This document shows positions 41,684 to 50,629 of a stretch of DNA of 64,000 bases, piece by piece. Both the position numbers and the translations under genes were made by a program. The notes beneath the pieces are model-generated. The model saw only the letters and a program-made list of their open reading frames with translations, searched no databases and was not told the origin of the DNA. Positions within the stretch are counted from its first letter, which is position 1. Every line of letters begins with the position of its first letter. The stretch lies in sequence record DRR378314_1653, one strand, 5' to 3'.

Positions 41684-44600
41684 TTGCAGCAATGGGAATG
41701 CCATGCCCGATGGCTCCGGTTCCTGGTCCTTGTGGTTCTGGCTGTTGTCATTCCAGCCTCGGCCATGTCGCAGGAGCGTTGCCAGGACGGCGAGATTGTT
41801 CTGAACAGCGCGACCAGCAGTGTGCGGGATCTGGGCAGTTGTATCTGGTACCTGGAAGATCCGGAGCACACACTTGATTTCAACGATGTCCTGAACGGCG
41901 ACACCGAGCCCTTTACCCGCCACGAGGATGGCGTATTGAACTTCGGCTATACCGAGTCCGCGTACTGGACCCGGTTTGATGTTCAGGTGGGAGCCGGGGC
42001 GGCGCTGACGGACTGGATACTGGAACTGGCGCTGCCCCTGGTGGATGAGGTGGTACTCTACCTGGTGCAGGATGGCGAACTGGTAGAACAGCGCCGCGCC
42101 GGCTACGAGGGCGACTGGTCCGGCCGAGACCTGGCCGTGCCCAATCCCACGTTCCGGCTGTCGCTGGAACCGGGCACCACAACCCGGCTCTACCTGCGCA
42201 TCACCAACACCAACACCTTCCGCCTGCCCATTACCCTCTGGCATCCCGATGCCTATATCGAAAAGGTCTCGGTGGATGAAGCGGTGCGCGGTATTCTGCT
42301 GGGCAGTATCCTGGCGATCCTGGCCTACAACCTGTTTGTGGCGGTCTCCGTCCGCGAGCGCAGCAACATCTACTACGTGCTGTATCTGGTATCGGCAACG
42401 GTGTTCATCGCCACCGAGCAGGTGCACGGCATCCAGCTGCTGGAGAATCGCCCCGCCCTGCTGAATAAAGAGTACCTGCACTACCAGATCATCATGACCT
42501 GGTTCTGGGGCTTGTTGATGGCCCGCTCCCTGTTGGAAACCAAAGAACGGTCAGCGGACCTGGACAAGGTGATCCGGCTTTGTCTGTACTCCATTGTGGC
42601 GACGTTCGTGCTGTCGCTGTTCCTGCCCTACCACACGGCAATGGAGTGGATTGTCCTGGCGTCGATCCTGCTCAGCATGATCCTGATCGTGGTCAGCTAT
42701 CTGTCGTGGCGTTATTACAACCCGGCGGCGCGTTCCTACTTTTTCGCCTGGACCCTGGCACTGGTTGGTTTTGGAATCTATGGCCTGACGGTGATGGGCT
42801 ATCTGCCGTTGAACATGTTCACGTCCTACGCGCCGCAGTTTGGTCTGACAGCCCAGATTATCCTGTTTTCCTTCGCCCTGGCGGACCGGATCAAGCAGGT
42901 GCAGGGAGAGGCGCTGGGCTGGAGCCAGCGGGCGCTGGCCAACCTGCGGCGATACCAGTCGCTGTTCGACAACGCCATCGAGGGCGTCTTCCAGATGTCC
43001 TTGGATCGGCGTTTCGTTACCGCTAATCCCGCCATGGCGAGGCTGATGGGCTATACCAGCAGCCGGGAGCTGCTGGACTTCAATCCGGACGCGTTGGAGA
43101 CCTGTTTTGCGGATGAGCGTGTTCGACGCTGGGTGATCGGGCAACTGGAGTCCCGGGGTACCGTCAAGGGCATTGAGGCGCGGTATTACACGCGTTCGGG
43201 TGAGGAGCGCTGGGCCACCATTTCATTGCATACCGTGTATACCCCCGAGGGCGATCCGGCCCATCTCGAAGGCACCTGTATTGACGCCACCGAGCGCCAC
43301 CAGCGCCAGCGCATCGAGCGGGAGCGAGAGCAGGAGCGGCTGGAAAAGGAACTGGCCCGCAACTCGGCGGAAGCCAAAAGCCAGTTCCTGGCCAACATGA
43401 GCCACGAAATCCGAACGCCGCTCGCGGCCATTATTGGCTACGGTGAAACTCTGCTCGATCCGGACCTGAACGAGAGGGAGAAGCACACCAGTGCGGAAAC
43501 CGTTGTACGCAGTGGCCGTCACCTGCTGGATCTGATCAACGATATCCTGGATCACTCCAAGATCGACGCCAACAAGCTGGATGTGGATATTGTGTCGGTT
43601 AACCTGCCGGAACTGCTCGACGAAATTCGGGCTTTTTTCGCGCCCAGGGCTCGGGAAAAGGGGCTGGAGTTCCATGTAATCTGCGAATTCCCGCTGCCTG
43701 AGAAGATCGCCACGGACCCCACCCGTTTTCGACAGATCATCATCAACTTGTGTGGAAACGCCCTGAAATTTACGGAAAAGGGGTCGATTTCACTGAACAT
43801 TCGATGCGACCGACAGAATCAGACCCTGGTGGCCAGGGTGGTGGACACCGGCATCGGCATGAAACCGGAACAACTGGGGCGCCTGTTCGATCCGTTTGCC
43901 CAGGGCAGTGCCGCTATTGCCCGACAGTATGGAGGAACCGGGCTGGGGCTGAGCATTTCGCGTCGACTTGCGGAGTTGCTGGGGGGAAGTATCGCCGTCA
44001 CCTCGACCTACGGAGAGGGCAGTGAATTCGAGCTTTCCATTGCGACCGGCTCGTTGGAGGGTATCCACTTTTTGCGTGATGCCTCTGAGTTGTCCCAGCG
44101 TCGGCGCAGTATTCCCATGGTGGTTGCGCCGCAGCTTTCCGGTCGTATTCTGCTGGCCGAAGACAACGATGTGAACCGTCGCCTGGTGTCGCTGCTGGTG
44201 GGCCGTACCGGTGCGGAACTGGTGCACGTCAGTAACGGAGCCGAGGCGCTGGACCTGGCATTGCGGGAATCGTTCGATCTGATTCTGATGGATATCCAGA
44301 TGCCAGTGATGAACGGCCGGGATGCAACGGCTGCCATTCGTGAAGCTGGCCTGAATATCCCGGTCATTGCGTTGACGGCGAACGTGATGGCGGAGGATAT
44401 TGCAGACTATCGCCTCGCAGGCTGTAATGATCACCTGGCCAAGCCCATCGACAAACAACGTTTCTATGAAGTCTTGGCTCGATACCTGGTGGTGCAGCCA
44501 GAGAGCGAACACCCGGATCACCGGCGCTACGCCGGGACGGTGCTTGTCGCGGAGGACAACGAAGACAACCGTCGTCTGGTAGAACGCATGCTCGGGGCCC

Positions 44601-45205
44601 AGGGCCTGGGCGTCATCACCGTTGCCAGCGGCGACGATGCCGTCCGCACGGCGTTGTCCGAATCCGTGCAGATGATCCTGATGGACCGGCATATGCCGGG
44701 CCTGGACGGTGTCGAGGCTACCCGGCTACTGCGACAGACGGGCTTTCGTCGGCCGGTTGTTGCGTTCACCGCCGGTGACCAGTCGGAGAGCGAGGCGCTG
44801 ATGGCAGCCGGATGCGATGGTGTGCTGAGAAAGCCGATCGACAGGGAGCATTTGCTGGCTACCCTGGACCGTTTTCTCGTGGCGGCCAATAGCCCGAATG
44901 CTGACACTGATGACGATGAGGCTATTGGTCACCTGGTTGAACGCTTCCTCGACGGGCTGGCGGCCCGCAAAGCGTCGATGGAGGTTGCGGCTGCGAGTCA
45001 GGATCATCAACGGTTAGCGTCTGAAGCCCATCAGATCAAGGGGACGGCCGGTGCCATGGGCTACCCTGAGATGACAAGACAGGCGGGAAAACTGGAGGCC
45101 TGCGTGAAAGTGGAAGACTGCGACTGGGACCGTGTTCACAGCGAACTGCAAGCCCTGGATGACATGATCGACAGGGCTTTGCAGGGCCGGGAGGCGCACC
45201 TATGA
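41684..45205 (+). CDS. Hybrid sensor histidine kinase (7TMR-DISM, PAS, HisKA, HATPase, two REC, Hpt)
   Basis: LNFGYTESAYW, 7 TM helices, MSHEIRTP, GGTGLGL, LMDIQMP, LMDRHMP and AHQIKGTAG. Confidence 0.92.
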   Translation: MQQWECHARWLRFLVLVVLAVVIPASAMSQERCQDGEIVLNSATSSVRDLGSCIWYLEDPEHTLDFNDVLNGDTEPFTRHEDGVLNFGYTESAYWTRFDVQVGAGAALTDWILELALPLVDEVVLYLVQDGELVEQRRAGYEGDWSGRDLAVPNPTFRLSLEPGTTTRLYLRITNTNTFRLPITLWHPDAYIEKVSVDEAVRGILLGSILAILAYNLFVAVSVRERSNIYYVLYLVSATVFIATEQVHGIQLLENRPALLNKEYLHYQIIMTWFWGLLMARSLLETKERSADLDKVIRLCLYSIVATFVLSLFLPYHTAMEWIVLASILLSMILIVVSYLSWRYYNPAARSYFFAWTLALVGFGIYGLTVMGYLPLNMFTSYAPQFGLTAQIILFSFALADRIKQVQGEALGWSQRALANLRRYQSLFDNAIEGVFQMSLDRRFVTANPAMARLMGYTSSRELLDFNPDALETCFADERVRRWVIGQLESRGTVKGIEARYYTRSGEERWATISLHTVYTPEGDPAHLEGTCIDATERHQRQRIEREREQERLEKELARNSAEAKSQFLANMSHEIRTPLAAIIGYGETLLDPDLNEREKHTSAETVVRSGRHLLDLINDILDHSKIDANKLDVDIVSVNLPELLDEIRAFFAPRAREKGLEFHVICEFPLPEKIATDPTRFRQIIINLCGNALKFTEKGSISLNIRCDRQNQTLVARVVDTGIGMKPEQLGRLFDPFAQGSAAIARQYGGTGLGLSISRRLAELLGGSIAVTSTYGEGSEFELSIATGSLEGIHFLRDASELSQRRRSIPMVVAPQLSGRILLAEDNDVNRRLVSLLVGRTGAELVHVSNGAEALDLALRESFDLILMDIQMPVMNGRDATAAIREAGLNIPVIALTANVMAEDIADYRLAGCNDHLAKPIDKQRFYEVLARYLVVQPESEHPDHRRYAGTVLVAEDNEDNRRLVERMLGAQGLGVITVASGDDAVRTALSESVQMILMDRHMPGLDGVEATRLLRQTGFRRPVVAFTAGDQSESEALMAAGCDGVLRKPIDREHLLATLDRFLVAANSPNADTDDDEAIGHLVERFLDGLAARKASMEVAAASQDHQRLASEAHQIKGTAGAMGYPEMTRQAGKLEACVKVEDCDWDRVHSELQALDDMIDRALQGREAHL

Positions 45206-45248
45206 CAACCGGTATCCGGGCGTCCGTTAACAACAGGAATCATCAGTG

Positions 45249-45791
45249 ATGAGCGACAATCTCCAGCACAGTGAACAGCACTCGCTGAGCATGATGTACG
45301 GCACCTACGCCGACATCCTGTTCGTCCTTTTTCCGTTTCTGGTCATCAGCATGCAACGGTTATGGGATGGTCAACTCTATGAAACGCTTCTGCGACCCGA
45401 TCTGAGTATCGCCGCCGCGATACTGGCTGGGCTTGCCATCGGCAAGTTTGTACTGGGACTGGTGAGCAACCGCGATCTGGGCCGCTACAAAGAGCGCATC
45501 GTCTTCTTTATTGCGCTGACGCTGTTTGTGGTGCTGGGGCCGGCAATCATCCTCATGCTGAGTATCGCCGGCAATCGTGAGGTGCCGGGTTTCGTGGCGT
45601 TTGTTCAGCCTATCCTGCTGATCATTGCCATTTCCCTCTACACCACGGCAGTCAGTATCAGTAACATCCTGACCCGGCCCAGCGAGACGGACGTCAGCGC
45701 GTCCCACGTCGACGATCGCGAGCCTGCGCCGGCCGCCGCACAACACGAGCCGCTGGCCATTCCACGGAGAACCGGGAGTGATCCGCTTTGA
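45249..45791 (+). CDS. Hypothetical 4-TM membrane protein
   Basis: Four hydrophobic segments; lies between kinase and receiver genes. Confidence 0.7.
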   Translation: MSDNLQHSEQHSLSMMYGTYADILFVLFPFLVISMQRLWDGQLYETLLRPDLSIAAAILAGLAIGKFVLGLVSNRDLGRYKERIVFFIALTLFVVLGPAIILMLSIAGNREVPGFVAFVQPILLIIAISLYTTAVSISNILTRPSETDVSASHVDDREPAPAAAQHEPLAIPRRTGSDPL

Positions 45792-45837
45792 GGTGCCCCG
45801 CAGGCGCCGGGTACAGAACAGAATCAGGAGGCAGGGT

Positions 45838-46251
45838 ATGAGTGACATGAGAATACTGGTGGTGGAAGACGAACCGGTCATGAGGGAGCGGTTGGTTGAC
45901 ATGCTCTACACTGCTGGCGCGAGCCGCGTGGTTGAATGTTCGGACATTGCCGGTGCCCGGGCTGCCTTCGAGGCCGAAGTGTTCCAGATTATATTGCTGG
46001 ACCTGGGGTTGCCCGACGGCAACGGGCATCAGTTAATGGAAGAGCTCAAATCCAAGCGGAAGGATCAGCACATCGTTCTGGTAACAGCGGATGATTCCAT
46101 TGACAGCATCCAGAAGGCCATCAGCGCCGGAGCCAATGGTTATGTGGTCAAACCCTATTCCCAGGAAAAGATCCACGACGTGGTGAACAACTATGCCATG
46201 GTGCATGGTGGGGATGCCGCCATGATGCAGGGGCTGAACCGTCAGCATTGA
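45838..46251 (+). CDS. Single-domain response regulator (CheY-like)
   Basis: LVVEDE, LLDLGLPD and YVVKP motifs; no output domain. Confidence 0.88.
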   Translation: MSDMRILVVEDEPVMRERLVDMLYTAGASRVVECSDIAGARAAFEAEVFQIILLDLGLPDGNGHQLMEELKSKRKDQHIVLVTADDSIDSIQKAISAGANGYVVKPYSQEKIHDVVNNYAMVHGGDAAMMQGLNRQH

Positions 46252-46272
46252 CGGTTCAGCCCGGGGTCTGCG

Positions 46273-46542
46273 TTACGCGACCTGACGGGCAATCCAGGAG
46301 CCGTAACGGGTGGCAAGGGCGCGCACGTATCGGGCCTCGCCGTCGTTCAGGTTGCCCAGAACTCCCTTGAATATCCAGCCTCGCTCATACAGCCCCAGCA
46401 CCCGCTGTTCGTCATCCAGGTTGACGCGCTGGTTCAGTTTCTTGCAGATCGCATCCAGCAGCGGCAGCTTTTCCGGGCGCCGAATGGGCCCTGTGCGGCT
46501 GCTTGCCGGCTGGTTTGCTGCTTTTGTCGGATGTCTCTTCAT
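46273..46542 (-). CDS. Hypothetical 89-aa basic protein
   Basis: AAGGAGAA RBS before ATG 46542; LYERGWIF motif. Confidence 0.7.
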   Translation of the reverse strand: MKRHPTKAANQPASSRTGPIRRPEKLPLLDAICKKLNQRVNLDDEQRVLGLYERGWIFKGVLGNLNDGEARYVRALATRYGSWIARQVA

Positions 46543-46570
46543 GATCTTCTCCTTGTCGTTTTGCGGCTGC

Positions 46571-46607
46571 AAAAACAAAACCCCGGTGCTCTGGGCAACC
46601 GGGGTCT
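46571..46607 (-). terminator. Intrinsic terminator in the 5' leader of the 46273-46542 gene (attenuator)
   Basis: Minus strand reads AGACCCCGGTTGCCCAGAGCACCGGGGTTTTGTTTTT, about 30 nt before the ATG. Confidence 0.75.
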
Positions 46608-46661
46608 CGCGGAGAAGCTTACCCGGTCGCTCCAAAGGCTCCCGGGACTGACCGAAAGCCG

Positions 46662-46751
46662 TTAGATGTCATTCACCATGGAGTGCGCACACGTCCCGCT
46701 ATTGCGGTGCGCAGTTGCAGCAATCATCAGATATCGGTGTTTCTGAGGCAT
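46662..46751 (-). CDS. Putative 29-aa leader peptide MPQKHRYLMIAATAHRNSGTCAHSMVNDI
   Basis: Purine-rich GGAAAGGG upstream; stop codon directly precedes alternative hairpins. Confidence 0.4.
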   Translation of the reverse strand: MPQKHRYLMIAATAHRNSGTCAHSMVNDI

Positions 46752-46975
46752 ATCAATGGGCCCTTTCCCGGCATTGGTCACCGGGTGAATCGGTTTCGGT
46801 ACTGTCATCAGTGTATCGCTTGCCCATGGCTTTGCAAGGGGCAGATCGCTTCGGCAAACCCCTACAGACGAGGCTCGCCACAATGGTCATAATTCGCTCT
46901 GTCACGTGTTTTACGTTGTGCAATCCTCCGGTGCCCACCTTTTATCTGTGGTGTACCGCATGGATCTCTCCTTTA

Positions 46976-47004
46976 TACGCAGCCCTTTGGGCTGCGTTTT
47001 TTTT
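46976..47004 (+). terminator. Orphan intrinsic terminator (possible sRNA 3' end)
   Basis: ACGCAGCCC-TTT-GGGCTGCG followed by a T run; no credible plus-strand CDS directly upstream. Confidence 0.75.
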
Positions 47005-47147
47005 TGCCTTCCGGAAAGTACTCCAGCCTGTATTGTGGAAACCTCGTAGCCACTAGTTCGTACAGACGCATGGTGGGTTTCTGGCGATAATTTGCACACT
47101 AATCAATGCAATGTATCGCCATTAATCAGAGGTTGAAACCCAGTAAA

Positions 47148-47384
47148 ATGTCCGAAGAAAACGGATCTGCAAAAACTCGTTTACAGTCGCACGCCATCGT
47201 TGAAGCACTGCTGGTCCTGGCGCTCGCCGTTTACCTGCTGATTGCCCGCAGCGAAATGGTGGGTGACGACTTTTCTTTTACCGTCATTGGGGCCGCACTC
47301 ATGGTGCTGGTGACGTACTGGACACTGAACACGTTGCGTGACGGCCTCGAAGTCCTCGCACTCAGGGTTGATCGTTCACGTTGA
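47148..47384 (+). CDS. Small 2-TM membrane protein
   Basis: Two hydrophobic helices; start uncertain. Confidence 0.6.
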   Translation: MSEENGSAKTRLQSHAIVEALLVLALAVYLLIARSEMVGDDFSFTVIGAALMVLVTYWTLNTLRDGLEVLALRVDRSR

Positions 47385-47404
47385 TGAGTTCCCTGCGGGA
47401 AATG

Positions 47405-47941
47405 TCACACGTGCCGGCTGTGGCCGGGAAGCGGTTCGCTGTCGGAGGCCAACAACTGGATGTCCTCCCAGGTTCTGTGGAGGATCAGCGCATCGTTCGC
47501 TGCCCGATGTACCGGCAGCCCCAATCGGTTGATAACCTGCTGCCGCGAGGTTGACCAGTGGCGCACCTGGTTTGCGTCCAGCAACATGGAGATAGACTCC
47601 AGCTGGAAGTCGGCTCGGGTGTTGGCCGCGCGGAAAAGGCGGTGAAGCCAGAAGCTGTCAAACGTCCAGGCATCGCAGAACACCTGCCCCGAAAGCAACT
47701 GATTGAGGCGTGACGCAACTTCCGATACAGGGGTGCCTTCCGTTTCCAGGGTATCCCGCGTGATCCCGTGAACCTGCTCCGCGCTCTCTGACCAATCCTG
47801 CCAAAGCACGTGTGGTTGTATCAGCCAGCTGTGCAGAGTGCCGTCGGGCAGGCAGATGCCTACCTCGATCGGATAGCTGGCGATCAGGTCGAGACTGGAG
47901 GCCTCGAAGTCAATAAAGGCTGGGCTGGTTCTGGTTCTCAT
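47405..47941 (-). CDS. DEDDh 3'-5' exonuclease-like protein
   Basis: FIDFEAS, VHGIT, FD..WL and HRAANDA motifs. Confidence 0.8.
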   Translation of the reverse strand: MRTRTSPAFIDFEASSLDLIASYPIEVGICLPDGTLHSWLIQPHVLWQDWSESAEQVHGITRDTLETEGTPVSEVASRLNQLLSGQVFCDAWTFDSFWLHRLFRAANTRADFQLESISMLLDANQVRHWSTSRQQVINRLGLPVHRAANDALILHRTWEDIQLLASDSEPLPGHSRHV

Positions 47942-48110
47942 TCCGCCTGGTTTTTGTTGATGTGCCGTCATCAGAGTTTACCCGCACGTTCCCGCAGACG
48001 CGAACCCATCGTCGCATTCCACTGTTACAATGTGTCCACGGATGTTACTCCGACCCTATAACACTCCAGTGACGCCCTGCTGGCTGTCTGACTAAGACCG
48101 GGATGACCTG

Positions 48111-48776
48111 ATGACCGAAACTGTCGTTGTAATCTACTCCGGGGGAATGGATTCGTTCACCCTGCTCCACCTTGCGCGTGCTCAAGGGTATGACGTTCAT
48201 GCCCTGTCGTTTGACTATGGTCAGCGGCATGTTCGCGAGCTGGAGTGTGCCCGCGAGGTGTGTGACGAGTTGTCTGTGCCCCACAAAGTGGTTGATATCC
48301 GTGCCTTGGGCCAGGTCATGGCCGGGTCGGCGTTGACCGATGACGTGGATGTACCGGAAGGCCACTACGAAGAGGACAGCATGAAGGCCACCGTGGTGCC
48401 CAACCGCAACATGATTCTCTTATCACTTGCCACGGGTTACGCCGTCACTGCCGGTGCCGTTGCCGTGTGGTACGGCGCCCATGGCGGTGACCACGCTATC
48501 TATCCGGACTGCCGTCCGGCGTTCGTGGAGAAAATGAACGCTGTCTGCCAGGTGGCCAACTACGAACCGGTGAATATTGAGGCGCCTTTTATGGGGTCGG
48601 ACAAGGGGGCCATCCTTGCGGAAGGCCTGAAACTGGGGCTCGACTATGGCAAAACCTGGACCTGCTATAACGGCCGTGACAAGGCCTGTGGGCGTTGTGG
48701 CTCCTGTGTTGAGCGCCTGGAAGCGTTTGCCGCGAACGGGCTTTCAGACCCGCTGAGTTATGAGGTGAGAACCTGA
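48111..48776 (+). CDS. queC: 7-cyano-7-deazaguanine synthase
   Basis: SGGMDS, VPNRN, YPDCR and TWTCY...CGRCGSC motifs. Confidence 0.96.
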   Translation: MTETVVVIYSGGMDSFTLLHLARAQGYDVHALSFDYGQRHVRELECAREVCDELSVPHKVVDIRALGQVMAGSALTDDVDVPEGHYEEDSMKATVVPNRNMILLSLATGYAVTAGAVAVWYGAHGGDHAIYPDCRPAFVEKMNAVCQVANYEPVNIEAPFMGSDKGAILAEGLKLGLDYGKTWTCYNGRDKACGRCGSCVERLEAFAANGLSDPLSYEVRT

Positions 48777-49432
48777 TGTACCGGGTTAAGGAAGCGTTCT
48801 ACACGTTGCAGGGTGAAGGGGCCCAGGCCGGGCGCGCAGCGGTGTTCTGCCGCTTCAGCAAGTGCAATCTCTGGACCGGTCGCGAAAAGGACCGGGCCAG
48901 TGCCGTGTGCAATTTCTGCGATACGGATTTTGTGGGCACGGATGGCCAGAACGGCGGCCGGTTTGATACCGCGGCGGCGTTGGCAGCGCATATCCGCAGC
49001 CTTTGGCCGGATGCACCCGGGCGCCCCTATGTTGTATGCACGGGGGGGGAGCCACTGTTGCAACTGGATGAAAAACTGGTGGAAGCCTTTCACCACGCCG
49101 GCTTCGAAGTGGGGGTGGAAACCAATGGCACGCTTCCGGCGCCGGCCGGCATCGACTGGCTGTGCGTCAGCCCCAAGGCCGACGCGCCGGTGGTGCTGCG
49201 CCAGTGTGATGAGCTGAAAGTGGTGTACCCTCAACCCCTGGCGATGCCCGAGCGCTTTACCGACATTTGCGCCAGCCACTATTTTCTCTCGCCAATGGCG
49301 TCGCCCACGGTATCGGAGGGTGAGCCTGACCCCGTCAAGCGAAGCAACACCCGCAAAGCCACGGATTACTGCCTGGCGCACCCTCAGTGGCGTTTGACCC
49401 TGCAGATGCACAAGATCATCGGCATCGACTGA
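48776..49432 (+). CDS. queE: 7-carboxy-7-deazaguanine synthase (CX14CX2C type)
   Basis: FYTLQGEG, CNLW...CNFCD, TGGEP, ETNG, VSPK and QMHK motifs. Confidence 0.95.
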   Translation: MYRVKEAFYTLQGEGAQAGRAAVFCRFSKCNLWTGREKDRASAVCNFCDTDFVGTDGQNGGRFDTAAALAAHIRSLWPDAPGRPYVVCTGGEPLLQLDEKLVEAFHHAGFEVGVETNGTLPAPAGIDWLCVSPKADAPVVLRQCDELKVVYPQPLAMPERFTDICASHYFLSPMASPTVSEGEPDPVKRSNTRKATDYCLAHPQWRLTLQMHKIIGID

Positions 49433-49437
49433 CGGCC

Positions 49438-50508
49438 TCAGGCCATCGCGCTGGCAGCGGTGTTCTTCATCGTCGTCGTTGGTAAAGACTCACGGTTCCG
49501 GTATTGGCTGGGGCTCTGGTTGGTCCAGCGTTTGAACGCTCGGGTAAAGTTGGCGGCGTCAGCATAACCCAGGGCGTCGGCGATCTGGCTCAGGTTCATC
49601 GCGGTTTTCTGCAGTAACTCGCCAGCCCTTTCCAGGCGCACCTGATCCACCAGGTGCTGGAAGCTGGCCTCCTCAGCCTGCAAACGTCGCTTCAGGGTGC
49701 GCTCCGACACAAACAGCGTTGTGGCTACCCTGGCCAGTTTTGGCGGGAAGGGGTGACTGGTTTCAATCACCCGTCTTACCCGGCATGCGAAGCCCGCGTC
49801 TTCCGTTAACAGGCGCAGGGCCTCCTCGCACTGTTTCTTCGAAGAGGCGGCCAGCTGGTCGTCGGTAAAGCGGATGGGCAGTGCCAATTGCGCATCAGGG
49901 ATCACAATCGCGTCTTCGGCAGCACCGTAAACCACGGGCACCGGTATCTGCTGGCGGAAGCGGTGGAAATAGGCCGGTTCTGGACCGCGGCGTTGAATGG
50001 ACGAACCGGCCACGGGTGCGCCCGTCAGTTGCGCGCCCATGGAGGCACAGCCGAACAGCATGGCATCCATGATAAAGCCCTGCAGTGGCCCCAGGTCGAT
50101 GCCGCAGGAAATGGCGTAGATGGCCTGGCCGTTTTGCTGGCGACGCTTGACCTGCAGGTGAGGGGCACGGAGGGTCAGATACCGCGTCATCAGGTCCAGG
50201 GCCTCTGCCAGGGTGCGGCTGCTCATGACGGCGGTGCCGAGCGCCCCGTGCAGTGGCAGTCTCAGTTCCCGGGCCAGCATGATACCGAGCCCGGGTTCCC
50301 CGCTCTCAATGATGGCGCGGGTCACGAATTCGCTGGCCTGGGACTGACTGACCCGTAGATCCGTTGATTGCAGGCGAACCGGGTCGAGGCCGACGCGTTT
50401 GAGCAGCGCCTTTTCATCGACGCCGATGGTGTTGAGCAACTCCGCCAGCAAATGCAGGTAAATGGCCGGCATGCCCAGATCCTGAGTGGTAGATACTGAG
50501 GCGCGCAT
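49438..50508 (-). CDS. AraC family regulator (Arabinose_bd_2/OruR type)
   Basis: SERTLKRRL and IADALGYADAANFTRAFKRW. Confidence 0.92.
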   Translation of the reverse strand: MRASVSTTQDLGMPAIYLHLLAELLNTIGVDEKALLKRVGLDPVRLQSTDLRVSQSQASEFVTRAIIESGEPGLGIMLARELRLPLHGALGTAVMSSRTLAEALDLMTRYLTLRAPHLQVKRRQQNGQAIYAISCGIDLGPLQGFIMDAMLFGCASMGAQLTGAPVAGSSIQRRGPEPAYFHRFRQQIPVPVVYGAAEDAIVIPDAQLALPIRFTDDQLAASSKKQCEEALRLLTEDAGFACRVRRVIETSHPFPPKLARVATTLFVSERTLKRRLQAEEASFQHLVDQVRLERAGELLQKTAMNLSQIADALGYADAANFTRAFKRWTNQSPSQYRNRESLPTTTMKNTAASAMA

Positions 50509-50629
50509 GGGATTTCCTCGTGTTTCCTGTTGTTGTTATGTCAGGGATGAAACTTGTTCCATGATTATGAACGGAACCGTCCTTCCACCCCATGACTTCG
50601 CTGACGGGTCAACAGGATATGCAGGCCAA

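Noticed and set aside
41546-42481. N-terminal extension of the 645-aa minus-strand ORF
   Set aside because: It is antisense to the sensor kinase; a clear lipoprotein signal starts at 41545
48000-48110. preQ1 riboswitch upstream of queC
   Set aside because: No recognisable preQ1 stem-loop with an A-rich tail
47405-49432. queC/queE plus exonuclease as a deazaguanine DNA-modification or QueC-based defence system
   Set aside because: QueC and QueE look like canonical housekeeping enzymes; no dpdA/tgt-like, Qat or CBASS genes are nearby
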